Assembly: GCA_951406725.2 (NCBI GenBank)
Contig: OX597820.1
Location: forward strand, 29,016,001 to 29,080,000
Length of the DNA stretch: 64,000 nt
From: Octopus vulgaris
Taxonomy: Eukaryota
Direction of reading: 5' to 3'
Positions 63,963-64,000 of this stretch are shown here, piece after piece; position 1 is the first letter of the stretch; each line of letters starts with the position of its first letter. The notes under the pieces are model-generated. The model had not been told where the DNA came from. It searched no databases and was given only the letters and a program-made list of their open reading frames with translations. Position numbers and translations under genes: made by a program.

Positions 63963-64000
63963 ATCACGTGACCGACCAGACCATCAGATGTTGTTACACA
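63957..64000 (-). mobile_element. SINE family C tail 1 (runs off the window)
   Basis: CACGTGATCACGTGACCGACCAG adjoining (AT)n. Confidence 0.85.

Overview
AT-rich eukaryotic intergenic or intronic DNA saturated with microsatellites ((TA)n, (CA)n, (TACA)n, (TTA)n, (GAT)n, (GGT)n) and decayed mobile elements. The repeat landscape suggests an octopus genome; this is an inference from SINE style and microsatellite load. I found no credible host exon or intact CDS, and almost all listed ORFs are microsatellite artefacts. Recognisable elements: at least four tRNA-headed SINE families (labelled A-D here), R4/Dong-type, CR1-type and Tx1-type LINE fragments, mariner, pogo-like and hAT relics, and Helitron helicase relics. 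The notable hidden layer is about 14 hammerhead-ribozyme (HHR) motifs or half-motifs. They sit in short non-coding, Penelope/retrozyme-like elements that abut (TA)n tracts and often form fold-back palindromes. They include canonical type I HHRs, core variants (U3-A8, A6U, U4C), a tRNA-headed HHR element, and a multi-copy motif whose three HHR core segments are in a non-circularly permuted order, with one compensatory base-pair change between copies. All structures were paired by eye, coordinates are approximate to a few bases, and no activity is demonstrated.
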